This document shows, piece after piece, positions 34,081 through 47,272 of a stretch of DNA of 64,000 nucleotides. Location of the stretch: assembly GCF_032444005.1 (NCBI RefSeq), contig NC_091283.1, forward strand, positions 168,578,001 to 168,642,000, read 5' to 3'. This DNA comes from Ranitomeya imitator (lineage: Eukaryota). The notes under the pieces are model-generated. The model was not told the origin of the DNA. It ran no database searches and saw only the letters and a list, made by a program, of their open reading frames with translations. Every line of letters starts with the position of its first letter. Within the stretch, counting starts at the first letter, position 1. The position numbers and the translations under genes are program-made.

Positions 34081-37000
34081 TCCGCTGTCAAAAATGTGCA
34101 CATTACAGAGCTCCTCACATAGGGAGAAAGGCTGGAATGTCCTCCGGAAGCTAAGTTGAAGGGTCTGCAGTACGTATTACCCACACCGATACTCTGTAAC
34201 AAACTCCAGAGTGTGCAGAGGTTTGTGCTGCAGATGTGTGTAGTGTCAGAAGTGTTGGTTCTGTACAGGTAGTCAGCCGTAGAGCAGATTGTTTCTTCAC
34301 TGAGCGAGCAGAGATCTGTTTCTACTCTGTATGCTCTGTGTGTGTGTGCTTTCCCGCTTGGTGTCTGTGTGTGCGTGCGCTCTCCTGCACGGTGTGTCGG
34401 TGTGTGTGTGCTCTCCCGCGTGGCGTGTGTGTGTGCTGTCCCGCGCGGCGTCTGTGTGTGTGCTCTCCTGCACCGTGTGTGCGTGCGTTCTCCTGCGTGG
34501 TGTCTGTGTGTGTGCTCTCCTGCGTGGTGTCTGTGTGTGTGTGCTTTCCTGCGTGGTGTCTGTGTGTGTGTGCTTTCCTGCACTGTGTGTGTGTGTGCTC
34601 TCCTGCACTGTGTGTGCGCTCTCCTGCACTGTGTGTGCGCTCTCCTGCACTGTGTGTGCGCTCTCCTGCACTGTGTGTGCGCTCTCCTGCACTGTGTGTG
34701 CGCTCTCCTGCACTGTGTGTGCGCTCTCCTGCACTGTGTGTGCGCTCTCCTGCACTGTGTGTGCGCTCTCCTGCACTGTGTGTGCGCTCTCCTGCACTGT
34801 GTGTGCGCTCTCCTGCACTGTGTGTGCGCTCTCCTGCACTGTGTGTGCGCTCTCCTGCACTGTGTGTGCGCTCTCCTGCACTGTGTGTGCGCTCTCCTGC
34901 ACTGTGTGTGCGCTCTCCTGCACTGTGTGTGCTCTCCTGCACTGTGTGTGTGTGTGCTCTCCTGCACTGTGTGTGTGTGTGCTCTCTCCCGCGCGGTGTG
35001 TGTGTGTGTGCTCTCCCGCGCGGTGTCTGTGTGCTCTCCTGCACTGACTGTGTGTGTGTGTGTGCGCTCCCGTGCGGTGTCTGTATGTGCGTGCTCTCCC
35101 GCCCTGTGAGCTGTAGCTTCTGATGTTTCCCTTTCCCCATCGCTCTCCGCAGGCCTCCCTTCCCACATGAAGCACCTGTTCACCATTGCCGGGGGCTTCT
35201 TCTGCCTCTACCACTTCTTCCAGCTGCAGATGATTTGGGTGGTCCTCCTCAGCCTGCTGTGCTACCTGGTGCTCTTCTTGTGCCGTCACTCGCACCATCG
35301 CGGGGTCCTGCTGTCCATCACTATCCTCATCTATCTGCTGATGGGGTGAGAGCCGCCGTTCTGCGCCTCACAGTGCGGCACACGGGTCACATCGCTGCCA
35401 CTGTACAGACACTCACTGATGCCTTTGTCTCCTCCTTCCAGGGAGATGCACATGGTGGACACCATCAGCTGGCACAAGATGCGAGGTTGGTCTTCCATCC
35501 CGGACCCCTTTGTTTCTGGGTTGACCTTTGCCTGTCTGATGCTTCTCCTTTTCTCTTTCTCGCCATGAAGGTGCACAGATGATCGTGGCCATGAAAGCCG
35601 TGTCTTTGGGCTTCGATGTGGATCGTGGCAGTGTGCGCTCCATTCCATCTCCGGTGGAGTTCATGGGATATGTCTACTTTGTGGGCACCGTCATCTTCGG
35701 CCCTTGGATAAGTTTTACCAGTTACTTGGATGCAGTAAATGGGCGGAAAATGGTGAGGATAATGGCGGGAACTGGGGGCTGATGGGAGCGGATAGTGAAG
35801 AAAAATGAATTGGATCAGAGGTTGATTTGTGTCGTATGCATTGTCAGGAGGGATGGGGCATGCTCAACGGCAATATGCCCGATCTGTCCTGAAAGGAGAG
35901 AACCCATCCGCAGAGGTGCCTGGCAGCAGCCTACTCCCCATAGACAGCACCCGCCTGCTTGGTCCCGCCTGTGCAGGTGTATGGGGGGCTCCAGGGGGTC
36001 AGCAGCTATTTGAGGTGTATGGCCACTTGCGGAGTTGTCTGTGCCCCTCTTAGTGATCAGTGTCGCGTGTCCTGGAGCGGCGTCCACTGAATCTGCCGCT
36101 TACTCATTACATTCATTGTGCGGCATTCTCCCAGTATGGCCGTGCAGGAAACCTGCGGCGGGGCATTGGGGGCTTCCCCCCAATATGTATTTCCGGTGTG
36201 CTCTCATTCCTCCTTCTCCGCAGACTCTCAGCTGGTTCCGGCGGGTGGTCCGCAGCCTGATCCTCTGCGTATTCTGCCTCCTGGTGTCCACCTGCATTTC
36301 TCCATATCTCTTCCCTTACTTCATCCCCCTCTACGGAGACCGGCTGCTGAGAAAGTGAGTACAAAGCACCAGCAGGAGCCCAGTTTTCCAGGTTCCATAG
36401 TTTATTTCTGGTTCCTGACGGTAAACCGCTTCTTTCCATCCGGAGACCCATATTGCTCTGATGTTCTGTAACGAGCCATGGCGCTGTGTCAGGGGGATTG
36501 CAGCCTCTGGATGATTCACTGACAGCAAGCAGAGGTCTTAATGCTGAAAAATTGAACCTTGGTCATTTAGAAAGTTGCAGATGATTCATTATACGTCAGT
36601 TTCTCAGAGCCGGTAGCAGCAGGTGACAGTGCTCTGCAGGATATGGCCAGAGGTGACGGGTGTGCCGATTTCCTGCAATCATAAAGCAGCATTTCCGAGA
36701 CCCCCGACCCCTCCACTGAACCCAGATTGTGATAATTCTCCCCCATGATCCAACCACAAGATCTGTGTGAACATTCACACATTTAGGATTTGCCTGTGGC
36801 AAAAATACACGAGGGGGGGGGGGTCTAGTGAAGGATGTGACCCCCGACCTCGCATGTAGTGACGGCACTGGGGGTCTCGTCCTTCCTGGAAATCGCTGCT
36901 GTCCTGCTCTTCATCCTTACTATGTATTTCTCAGGATCTTTTCTTTGTTCCTTTTCCTTTATGTTCCCCCGGATTCTCCAGTAAGAAACGTAAAGCCAGG

Positions 37001-40000
37001 TATTCTCTGTCCTCCCTGATCCATTCTTTCCTCATGGAACAGATTTATCCGGACTGGTGCAAAGGAAAAGTAATTGCCCCCAGTAACTGCTCCCCCTGCA
37101 CCCGTCCTGGTCAATCTGCCAAACCGTGCACAGCGATACAAAGCAGCGTCCACTCATTGTAAAGAGATTGTGCACAGGTCCCGTCCCCATCAGCGGGACA
37201 CGTGCACCATGGCTGCCCGGAGGGAGCACGCTTTCCTGCCTCTCCACCCCAATGGGAGAGAGGGAGAAAGCATCGGGAATATTATGCACAGTCTGTGCTG
37301 ACTTTGTCCTGCTGTGCCGCTTCCTTCATAGTTACAGGTCGTGATCATTATAATGTCATCTCAGCCGCCTCACCTCGTGTAACCCATAACTTACACCCCC
37401 GACTCTGACCACCCAACCCCCGACACCCACATTCACCTTCTCGTCATTATCCATCATCTTGATATTTTATTTTTTTCTCTCGGTGACAGGGGTCTTGTTG
37501 TACGGTAAGTAAGCTATCTTGGGCTTTTTTTTCCTTTTAATTGGGCAATTGTTCACTTAGTTCGCCTGCTGCGGACAGGTGACTGATGCCCACAAGTTAT
37601 TTCACTGTACAGACACATTTTTAATAACATCTAATTTTTTGTTGTAAAAACTCCATGGAGAATAATATGTGTACACTTACCCCGTCCCCAGCGGCTCAAC
37701 TGTAGGGGGTGCGTGGGGTGCAGTCACCGCTTTGCCATGGTGGCCCAATATGTGACCCCAGCCCTCGATACTACATGACCCCACTGCCCGTGGTATTATC
37801 TGGTGATGCTACACTTCATACACTGTGACTAGTTGGGCACTTTTGGGGGGTGGGAGGTATTGCCGATCCCCTTGCTCAGCGCTGATACTTTGTTGTCCTG
37901 TCTGCAGGTGGCTGCGGGCCTACGAGAACACGTCATCTTTCCATTTCAGTAATTATTTTGTCGGCTTCTTGTCTGAGGTCACCGCCGTCCTATCCGGTGC
38001 TGGGTTCACAGAGGAGAAAGATCACGTTCAGTGGTGAGTCCACACGTGGCCGCGATCCATCGTCCTCCGCCCCGGCCATCATGGGGTAATCCACCTGTTT
38101 CTCTTCAGGGATCTCTCGGTCTCTCAGCCACTGAATGTAGAGATTCCTCGCTCCATGGTGGACGTGGTGACGAGCTGGAACCTGCCCATGTCCCGATGGC
38201 TGCATACATGTAAGGATACCCCCTGGGGCGCAGGATGGCGGCTTTCAGACAGCACGTTCTGCTGCCCGTCTGCTCTCCTAGGGCGTCTCGCATACAGGAC
38301 CATGGCTGTAGGAAAGCTTGGAGACGGGATTTAATCAGATCCTCGCCCCCTTTACTAACCTTCCTACATCTTCTCATCAGATGTGTTCAAGAACGCTCTG
38401 AAGCTCGGCACGTTTCACGCCATCATTGTAACGTATGCCGCCAGCGCTTTACTTCATGTGAGTGTCATGTTAGATGCATTGCTGCGATGTCTGTACACGT
38501 TTACAGTGGTTGTCCACTTTTAAGTAAAATGTTGTGTTTTTTTTGTTTAAATTCATGGATAAAAATAATTTTTGCAAATAAGCATCAATAACAATTTTGC
38601 ACCATTCAACCTTAATGTGGTCGGTGACCATCAGATTTTTATAATGAGTTCACTGATGGCTTCTCAGTTACCTCATTCTGCAGCCAGCGATAGACCGTGC
38701 AGTACAGAGGTGAATGACAGAAGGCAAACATTGCAAGATCTTTAATGAAATCCATTTTAGCACCAAATTCTGGTATTTGAGTAAGAAAAATAAGGCCTCA
38801 CATGTGGTTAATTCTCTTAATTACATATATTCCTTTGTGTCCTCCTCAGGGTCTCAGCTTCCACCTTGCGGCTGTGCTTTTATCTCTTGGTTTCATCACT
38901 TACGTCGAGCATGGTAAGTCGTCCGTCTGTTTTCCATCCATATTTGAGACCCAGGAGTGTGTGGTCGCGCCTGGGTGTGTGGTCGCGCCTGAGTGTGTGG
39001 TCGCGCCTGAGTGTGTGGTCGCGCCTGGGTGTGTGGTCGCGCCTGAGTGTGGTCGTGATTCTGTCTCGTAATATTTCCCACTGTGATTGTAGCCCAGGAA
39101 CCCATCCCATTGTGGATCTAACTGGTCTTAATGTTTTGGAGCATCTTCATTGATCGCTTCTCTGGAGGATGCCCCCATACCATTTGGACAATTATTTCCA
39201 TGTTTGCCTCCTTGATGTTGCTTTATAGCCCCCCTAATTTGCCTCCCTCTCCATCAGTGCTCCGGAGGAGACTTGCAGAGGTCTTCAGTGCCTGCATCCT
39301 GTCAAAGAAATGCTCTTCGTCCTGTACCCACCATAACAGAAAGGTAAGACGTTGGTAGGATCACGGCACATTTACCCACACACCCCGCCTGTGTGCATCC
39401 CCTATTCTAGAACAAGCAGCCATTGGCTTTGTATGTGAGCCGTCTCTCGTGTTTCGCCTTCTCCCAGGGCCCTCTGGTGTTCCTGATTAACATGCTGTTC
39501 GGCATCATGGCTCTACTTCAGCTGACGTACTTGGGGTCTTTATTTGATACAGACTCTGAGGATACCAGCGAAGAAGAGGTAAAACAGTGTATGAATGAAT
39601 TAGTAAAATAAAATGATGTTCCTGATAAGTTGTCCGCTAGGGGTCACTTCCTTTCCAATTTTGTGAAACGCGACTCATCCTTACCGACAATTTTATTTTC
39701 TGGGTAATCGGTGTGACCACCGCAATAGCTGACATTATCCAGGCTGCTCAATGTATGCTGCTGCCATAAAGGGTTCGTTGACTTTTTGGAGACTTTTATT
39801 TGTTACATAAATCCATTTATTTAGGGGATATAATTATTTTTTGTAACTGAAACATGTTGCACCGTCTGGCTCTTACAGGCTTTTTGATTTAATATAATAT
39901 AAATCAGTTATCAGATAAAAGTGTTAGAAACTACCCGGCAGAGCATCGCAGTGAGCTCACTGATGGATTCTCAGTTACCTCATTCTGCAGCCAGCAGTAG

Positions 40001-40296
40001 ACCGTGCAACACAGAGATTACAGGAGACAAACTGTGCAGAAGTTTTAATGAAACTAATTGCTAAAAATATATGCATTTAAGAAAATGATGGTCTCCAAAG
40101 GTGAACAAGCCCTCTAATTAGCCATTTACCGGTCGGGCGGCAGCCCAATATTGGTAGCTATTGTGTAATTTTTGCTTCCTCTCTCATTATCCAGGGCTAT
40201 GGGATGGCACATACCGTTAACAAGTGGTCCGAGCTGAGCTGGGCCGGCCACTGGATCACATTTGGCTGCTGGGTTTTCTATCGTTTGATTGGCTGA
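33661..40296 (+). CDS. PORCN: Protein-serine O-palmitoleoyltransferase porcupine (461 aa, MBOAT family)
   Basis: Coding exons, all GT-AG: 33661-33796, 35153-35345, 35442-35485, 35571-35752, 36224-36354, 36982-36999, 37490-37504, 37908-38033, 38109-38209, 38381-38457, 38850-38913, 39258-39343, 39468-39578, 40195-40296. They sum to 1386 nt. N-terminus [17 protein letters not shown], catalytic SALLH, C-terminus FYRLIG*. AATAAA at 40563. Confidence 0.97.
34330..35095. repeat. 21-bp minisatellite (CTCTCCTGCACTGTGTGTGCG)n with degenerate flanks, in a PORCN intron
   Basis: About 15 perfect units at 34600-34925. It explains the long repetitive ORFs. A (TG)n run lies at 34047-34074. Confidence 0.93.
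36982..36999 (+). CDS. PORCN: PORCN 18-nt microexon (N-KKRKA-R)
   Basis: CCAG|TAAGAAACGTAAAGCCAG|GTATT; in frame. Confidence 0.85.
37490..37504 (+). CDS. PORCN: PORCN 15-nt microexon (R-GLVV-R)
   Basis: ACAG|GGGTCTTGTTGTACG|GTAAGT with an upstream pyrimidine tract; in frame. Confidence 0.8.
38955..39055. repeat. 18-bp tandem repeat (GTGTGTGGTCGCGCCTGA)n, about 5 copies
   Basis: Direct reading; PORCN intron. Confidence 0.9.
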
Positions 40297-41253
40297 AAGG
40301 GAGACATCTGTAAGACTCGGTGCCATCTGCTGGCACCTGCCGCGGTGTGACCAATCTCTGCCACGCAGACCAGAGCTGGAGCCTTTACAGCTGGCATAAT
40401 GGGTGCATAGGGGCATCGAATGACCAAGATGTCCCCTCATGGAGGACGTTGTTAGGAACAGCCGCCTCCGCCACATCATCCTATATATCCTCTGGGCGTA
40501 ATACGGGCGGATAAAATTAGGGTCAGAAAGGTCGTGACCTCTCCATCTGCCTGGATTCCACGAATAAAGTTGTTTTGTAAGAATTGTGTTATGTGTAAGA
40601 TCCATAAAGTCTAGTGACACGGCCACCATTGCAGCACATTCTTTATTCCAGAAGCCACACAACATCACGTATGGACAGGAAAGCTCCACTGCACGTATGT
40701 GCCCTCCGGGCTGGAGGGCTCACGGCCAGGTCCTCATTCACACACGGTGCGGTCCCTCACGTGCGCTCATCCACTAACGCTCTCACACTCGGACCCCGCG
40801 GTCGGCTCGCACCAGGAGAAAGGGTCTGACAGGAAGACTGTGGCGGTGCCAGGACATAAAGGTTTTGCTGGTCTGCACGTGCTCGGTGGAGGTGTGATGG
40901 GTTCCGCGTTTTCTGCGACATGAACCCAGCAACGTCTCCAGTGCCATTCGCAGAAAGGACTGGAAATTACCGCTTCGCTCTCGGCGGCTGTCCTTGGGGG
41001 GAGATAAGGGGGCAGGAAGAAGGTCAGATGTTACTAAAAGGTGTCCGAGTAGATGCATAGGAAGTAATATCCGTGTTATGGAGTTGGATCTGCACGAGGC
41101 CTGCATACCCCACCACACCCTATGTCGCCATAAGTCTCCCTCAGTAGTGCAGCCTCAGGCTTAGGGCCTGTAACATTAAATGGTCAGATCACCACATAGA
41201 GGAAGGCACTATAGCCTTAATAGCCATCTTTTCTAGCATCTCACTTCTTTTAA

Positions 41254-41700
41254 AGAGAATGTATCTGCTAAAGTATATTCTGGTCGAGCTGTACGCTGAC
41301 TTTATGGGAGAGAGTTGTGGGCATGCTCAGTGACCTGTGCAGAAGTCATTGTACAGGGAGAGGAGGAGGTGAGCTGTGAAATCACCTATGGTGTATGGCC
41401 CTGTTGACAGTGTGCTTGCTATGGTGCCTGATTCCCTGTATAGAGAAATAGGATTCAGACGGACCCTTGATGGGGCCACAGACTGCAATGACCGGGACGG
41501 GGTTCAATTTCTAGAAGTATCCGCTTGTTCAGATGAGCACAGAAACCTAGCGGACTATGTGATCTCTACAGGGCAGCTGGGGCCCGCACAACTAGAGGCT
41601 CAAAGTAAAAACTGCACAATTTTCTGATTCTTTTAAATGTAGATTGTTATATCTATCTGTTGTGTTATATGCATAGGTCATTTTCTGATACACTTTCCCT
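41254..41700. mobile_element. T2-type (TTAA-flanked) MITE
   Basis: TTAA at 41250-41253 and 41701-41704. Imperfect TIR AGAGAATGTATC / GATACACTTTCCCT. Confidence 0.7.
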
Positions 41701-41947
41701 TTAAGTGAAAATGGGCATGAATGGTGAGAAATTAATATAGTACAGAAATTAGATTGTTCTAGAATTATTCACCCCCTTATCCTCCCTGTTTTTAAAATGG
41801 ACACAAATGAAATGGAATGGGCCGTGTGTTTATATAAAAAGACAAAAACCCTGTATGTAGCTGTGCAGAACCACAGAGATGAGTGGGGAGGATTACCAGT
41901 GTCATGGTCTGCCCCCTCTTGTTTCTGAACTTTTTATTTGTCCATTG

Positions 41948-43195
41948 ACTATAGCTCCTCCCACAATCCCTGCCCCTTCAGTGTAATGAATATAGCTCCT
42001 CCCACAATCCCTGCCCCTTCAGTGTAATGAATATAGCTCCTCCCACAATCCCCGCCCCTCCAGTATAAATGATTATAGCGCCTCCCACGCTCCCTGTCCC
42101 TCTTGAATTATGACTGGCTCCTCCCACAATCCCTGCACACCTGTATGACTATAACTCCTCCCACAATCCCTGCCCTTCAGTGTAATGAATATAGCTCCTC
42201 CCACAATTCCTGCCCCTTCAGTGTAATGAATATAGCTCCTCCCACAATCCCTGCCCCTTCAGTGTAATGAATATAGCTCCTCCCACAATCCCCGCCCCTC
42301 CAGTATAAATGATTATAGCGCCTCCCACGCTCCCTGTCCCTCTTGAATTATGACTGGCTCCTCCCACAATCCCTGCACACCTGTATGACTAACTCCTCCC
42401 ACAATCCCTGCCCCTTCAGTGTAATGAATATAGCTCCTCCCACAATCCCCGCCCCTCCAGTATAAATGATTATAGCGCCTCCCACACTCCCTGTCCCTTT
42501 TGAATTATGACTACGGCTCCTCCCACAATCCCTGCACGACAATAGCTCCTCCCACAATCCATGCCCTCTTGTATAATGAGCATAGCTCCTCCCACAATCC
42601 ATGCCCTCTTGTATAATGAGCATAGCTCCTCCCGCAATCCCTACCCCCTTCTGTATAATGACTATAGCGCCTATCACAATCCCTGCCCCTTTCGTATAAT
42701 GTATATAGCTCCTCCCATAATCCATGCCGTATAATGAATAGAGCTCCTCCCACAATCCCTGCCCCTTCTGTATAATGACCATAGCTCCTCCCACAATCCC
42801 TGCTGTAATGACTATAGCTCCTCCCACAATCCATGCCCTCTTGTATAATGAGCATAGCTCCTCCCGCAATCCCTACCCCCTTCTGTATAATGACTATAGC
42901 TCCTATCACAATCCCTGCCCCTTTCGTATAATGTATATAGCTCCTCCCATAATCCATGCCGTATAATGAATAGAGCTCCTCCCACAATCCCTGCCCCTTC
43001 TGTATAATGACCATAGCTCCTCCCACAATCCCTGCTGTAATGACTATAGCTCCTCCCACAATCCCTGCCGCATAACTAGCTCCTCCCACAATCCCTGCCC
43101 CTTCCGTATAACTATAGCTCCTCCCACAATCCCTGCCCTTCCAGTATCATGACTATAGCTCCTCCCACAATCCCTGCCCCTTCTGTATAATCATG
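41948..43195. repeat. ~41-bp minisatellite (ATAGCTCCTCCCACAATCCCTGCCCCTT...)n with ~240- and ~232-bp higher-order blocks
   Basis: Direct reading. Variant blocks recur at 42061/42301 and 42661/42893. Confidence 0.9.
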
Positions 43196-43204
43196 ACAAT
43201 TTAA

Positions 43205-43989
43205 AGAGAACCTGTCACCCCAAAAATCGTATATTATTATTTATATAGCACCATTGATTCCATGGTGATGTACATGAGAAGGGGTTACATACAAATTACA
43301 GATATCACTTACAGTAAACAAACTAACAATGACGGACTGATACAGAGGGGCGAGGACCCTGCCCTTGCGGGCTTACATTCTACAGTATATGAGCTGTGGG
43401 CACCAGCATCAGGGGATCATCTACAGCATTCTGTAATACATTCTGTAATGCTGTAGATAAGCCCCCGATGTATCCTGAAAGATGAGAAAAACAGGTTATA
43501 TTATACTCACCCAGGGGCGGTCCCGCTGCGGTCTGGTCCAATGGGCATCACGGTCCGGGGCCTCCCATCTTCTTACGATGACGTCCTCTTCCTGCCGCGG
43601 CTCTGGCGCAGACGTACTGTTTGCCCTGTTGAGGGCAGAGCAAAGTACTGCAGTGCGCAGGCGCCGGGAAAGGTCAGAGAGGCCCAGCGCCTGCGCACTG
43701 CAGTACTTTGCTCTGCCCTCAACAGGGCACATAAAGTATGCCTGCGCCGGAGCCGCGGCAGGAAGAAAAGAAGAGGACGTCATGGTATGAAGATAGGAGG
43801 CGCCGGACCTGGTCGCCCATCAGACCGGACCGCCCCTGGATGAGTATAATATAACCGCTTTTCCTCATCTTTCAGGATACATCGGGGGCTTATCTTCAGC
43901 ATTACAGAATGCATTACAGAATGCTGTAGATAAGCCCCTGATGCCGGTGGCCACAGCTCATATACGATTTTGGGGGTGACAGATTCCCT
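43205..43989. mobile_element. T2-type palindromic MITE with an antisense LINE-like 3' tail fragment inserted (about 43233-43383)
   Basis: TTAA-AGAGAACCTGTCACC ... GGTGACAGATTCCCT-TTAA with long mirrored arms. The insert begins (TTA)nTTTATATAGCACC, i.e. a (TAA)n tail on the minus strand. Confidence 0.8.
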
Positions 43990-45008
43990 TTAAGTCTTTT
44001 CCAAATTTTGACTTTTTGTGAAATTTTGTTTTACTTTGTTACCTCTTTGCTTCTTAACATGTGTTTTTTTCTCCTGCACCCGATGCCGGTGTTCTGGCAG
44101 ATTCTGAGGATAGAATAAAGGTACAGATCGTCACAAGAAAAGACTGGCGAACAAGATCCCCAACAGGTGAAGGATCCTGACCGCGCACGTTTCCTTACCT
44201 CACTGCTGTGTACACTAGACCGCTCTCATTCTGGACAGGAAGGCGCAATAAATCTGGAACAGGTTTCATATTAATCTCCCTTTAAACGGGATCGATCACC
44301 GGATTTCACAATACAAACTGCATAGATTAATAAATATCTTGGACCTGCTGAGACCGGTGTACTTACAGCCATTTTTACATGTATTTTAAAGTATCCGCCA
44401 TGAAAATTTTGCTGACATATTAAATTAGCTCTAGCAGAATTCAAGGAATGCTCGTATTAATATTGGGGTTATACTGCAGAGCCATCCTGACATGGATTAT
44501 CAAAGTAAACACACCAGCCTCATCAGCTGTACACGCTTCACATTGCAAAATCTGGTGAAAGACTGCATTACGTGATTGACATTTCTCCATGTGACAAGTC
44601 TATGGGTAAGTTTGACTAAGCAAAATGTTGATCCATGGGTACGGCAGCCATGAGGCGGCACAAGGAAGAGAAATGCAAGAATCTATTATCCCATCTGCGC
44701 CATTTACGGATTGTTTCATTTTTGCCCCCTCTTCCACTGTTTGAGGCCCCAAGAGCCCCAGGCTGCCCTTACCTTGTACAGAGATCTCTCCGCCTTGTCC
44801 CCTGCGGGTGAAAACAGAACCAATTAATCCGAATCATCGAAATGCATCCAAACGTGTGACCACCAATCCACCACCAGAAAGACCCCTGAATCCCCAGTAA
44901 GTATTCGCCCGAGTCAGACACAGTGTGGGCACCACCACCTAGAGCAATCCTAGGAGCAGAAATCCTGCCTAATTAGTCATAGTCCCCCACATTCTCATAC
45001 ACAGCTGT

Positions 45009-45905
45009 GCAGGGGTCCTAACAGCGCAGGGGTCCTAACAGTACAGGGGGTCCTAACAGTGCAGCGTTCCTAACGGCGCAGGGGTCCTAACGGTGCAGGA
45101 GTCCTAGCGGTGCAGGTCCTAACAGTGCAGGTCCTAACAGTGCAGGGGTCCTAACAGCCCAGGGGTCCTAACAGTACAGGGGGTCCTAACAGCGCAGCGT
45201 TCCTAACGGCGCAGGGGTCCTAGCGGTGCAGGAGTCCTAGCGGTGCAGGTCCTAACAGTGCAGGGGTCCTAACAACCCAGGGGTCCTAAAAGCGCAGGGG
45301 TCCTAACAGCACGGGGTCCTAACAGCGCGGGGTCCTAACAGCGCAGGGGTCCTAACAGCGCAGGGGTCCTAACAGCGCAGGGGTCCTTACAGCACAGGGT
45401 CCTAACAGTGCAGCGGTTCTTACAGTGCAGGGGTCCTTACAGTGCAGGGGTCCTAACAGCACAGGGGTCCTAACAGCGCGGGGTCCTAACAGCGCAGGGG
45501 TCCTAACAGCGCAGGGGTCCTAACAGCACAGGGTCCTAACAGTGCAGCGGTTCTTACAGTGCAGGGGTCCTTACAGTGCAGGGGTCCTAACAGCACAGGG
45601 GTCCTAACAGCGCGGGGTCCTAACAGCGCAGGGGTCCTAACAGCACAGGGTCCTAACAGTGCAGCGGTTCTTACAGTGCAGGGGTCCTTACAGCGCAGGG
45701 GTCCTTACAGCACAGGGTCCTAACAGTGCAGCGGTTCTTACAGTGCAGGGGTCCTTACAGCGCAGGGGTCCTAACAGCACAGGGGTCCTAACAGCGCGGG
45801 GTCCTAACAGCGCGGGGTCCTAACAGAGCAGGAGTCCTAACAGCGCAGGGGTCCTAACAGCGCAGGGGTCCTAACAGTGCAGGGGTCCTAACAGTGCAGG
45901 GTCCC
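45009..45905. repeat. 17-18-bp minisatellite (GGGGTCCTAACAGCGCA)n
   Basis: About 50 variant units read directly. Confidence 0.93.
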
Positions 45906-46417
45906 CTCTTTGGATGCAGCTTCCTATAATGGGTCCCCAGAGCTGATGATACGGATTGCGTTTCCCATTAGGTCTGGTCTGCCCGTGCTCGGCCACCGCG
46001 CACAACCTACCTTTTCCCTCTGGCATCTTGCCCCAGTGGCTGGGTGGTTTGTACGATGGAGTGTGAGGGTCTCTGTGCTCTGAACACGCAGGTCCTGGCA
46101 CCACCCACATTTATTCCCTGAAAGCCCCCACAGTGCCGGACAGAAGGGGCAGATTCCAGAACTGGGCAGAGATTCTGCATATTCAGGGAGAGATGTGCTG
46201 ACCCAGGCACAGAGAGGACCCATCCCCTGCACCCACTGTCACCCCTCTCACTGCATTAACCCCAACATGGCCAAATACGGCTACTTCCCACTGGTAGGGA
46301 GAGTTTCTGTATTGTTGTTTTTGCCTTTTTTAATCAGACTATCTTTTCAATGGCTAACACAAAAAGGGCCGATATCACATTCCAGAGATTTCTGATGCAG
46401 TTTCCATTAAACTTTAA

Positions 46418-46795
46418 GGCTATGTGCACATGTTGCGGATTAGGTTTAGGAATTTCTGGTGTGGATTCTGCCTCTCCTGGCAGAAAACGCAGCTGCGGAT
46501 CTGTCGCTTTTTTGTGCGTTTTTGCTGCGGATTTTTTTCGGATTTACTGCGTTTTTTACCCCTGCGGATTTCTATAATGGAATGGGTACAAAAACGCTGC
46601 AGATCCGCAAAAAAGTGACATGCTACTTCTTTTAAACCGCAGCGTTTCCGCACTGGATTTTCCGCAACGTGTGCACAGCTTTTTTTTTTTCATTGATTTA
46701 CATTGTACTGTAAATCAATTTCGGATCTGCAGCGTTTCTGCACCGCAAAAAAACGCTGCGGATCCGCAGAGAATCTGCAACGTGTGCACATAGCC
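46418..46795. mobile_element. TTAA-flanked MITE (378 bp)
   Basis: TTAA-GGCTATGTGCACA ... TGTGCACATAGCC-TTAA. Confidence 0.88.
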
Positions 46796-47272
46796 TTAAG
46801 AATTTGATCTCGGATTGGGCAAAAAAATAATATAAAATGTTTGTACCTATAGGCCTCCAGCATAGACACAAGACTTCCCCTACCCCCGCGTCAGCTTATT
46901 ACCAGATTGTGAATGTCTGCATCCTCATGATGACAACACTTCCATTCTGCGCTCTAACGCTTCTGTGTTATCAGAGGGACATGCTGGGAATTGCAATCAC
47001 ATGTATCAGTGCAGTTTAGACCTCAGGAAAAAGTCGCGGTCACGGCTCCGATTTGTAACAAATGGCGTTACTCGCTCAGGAGACCCAATAGCTTAATGGC
47101 TGCCCGAAACAGGAACACATCATCAGGTCTCCATGTTGCCAACATAAGACCAAAATTTGATGCCACTAAGAGGAATCACAATCTATGTTGTCATAGGGCA
47201 TCAAGAGCAGAGGTGCAGATAAAGGCCTCAAATTTAAAAAAAAAAACAGGCAAACAAGTGAGCAATGACATA

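Noticed and set aside
33702-35298. Long ORFs of 238-494 aa on both strands ([14 protein letters not shown] repeats)
   Set aside because: They arise from a stop-free 21-bp intronic minisatellite within PORCN.
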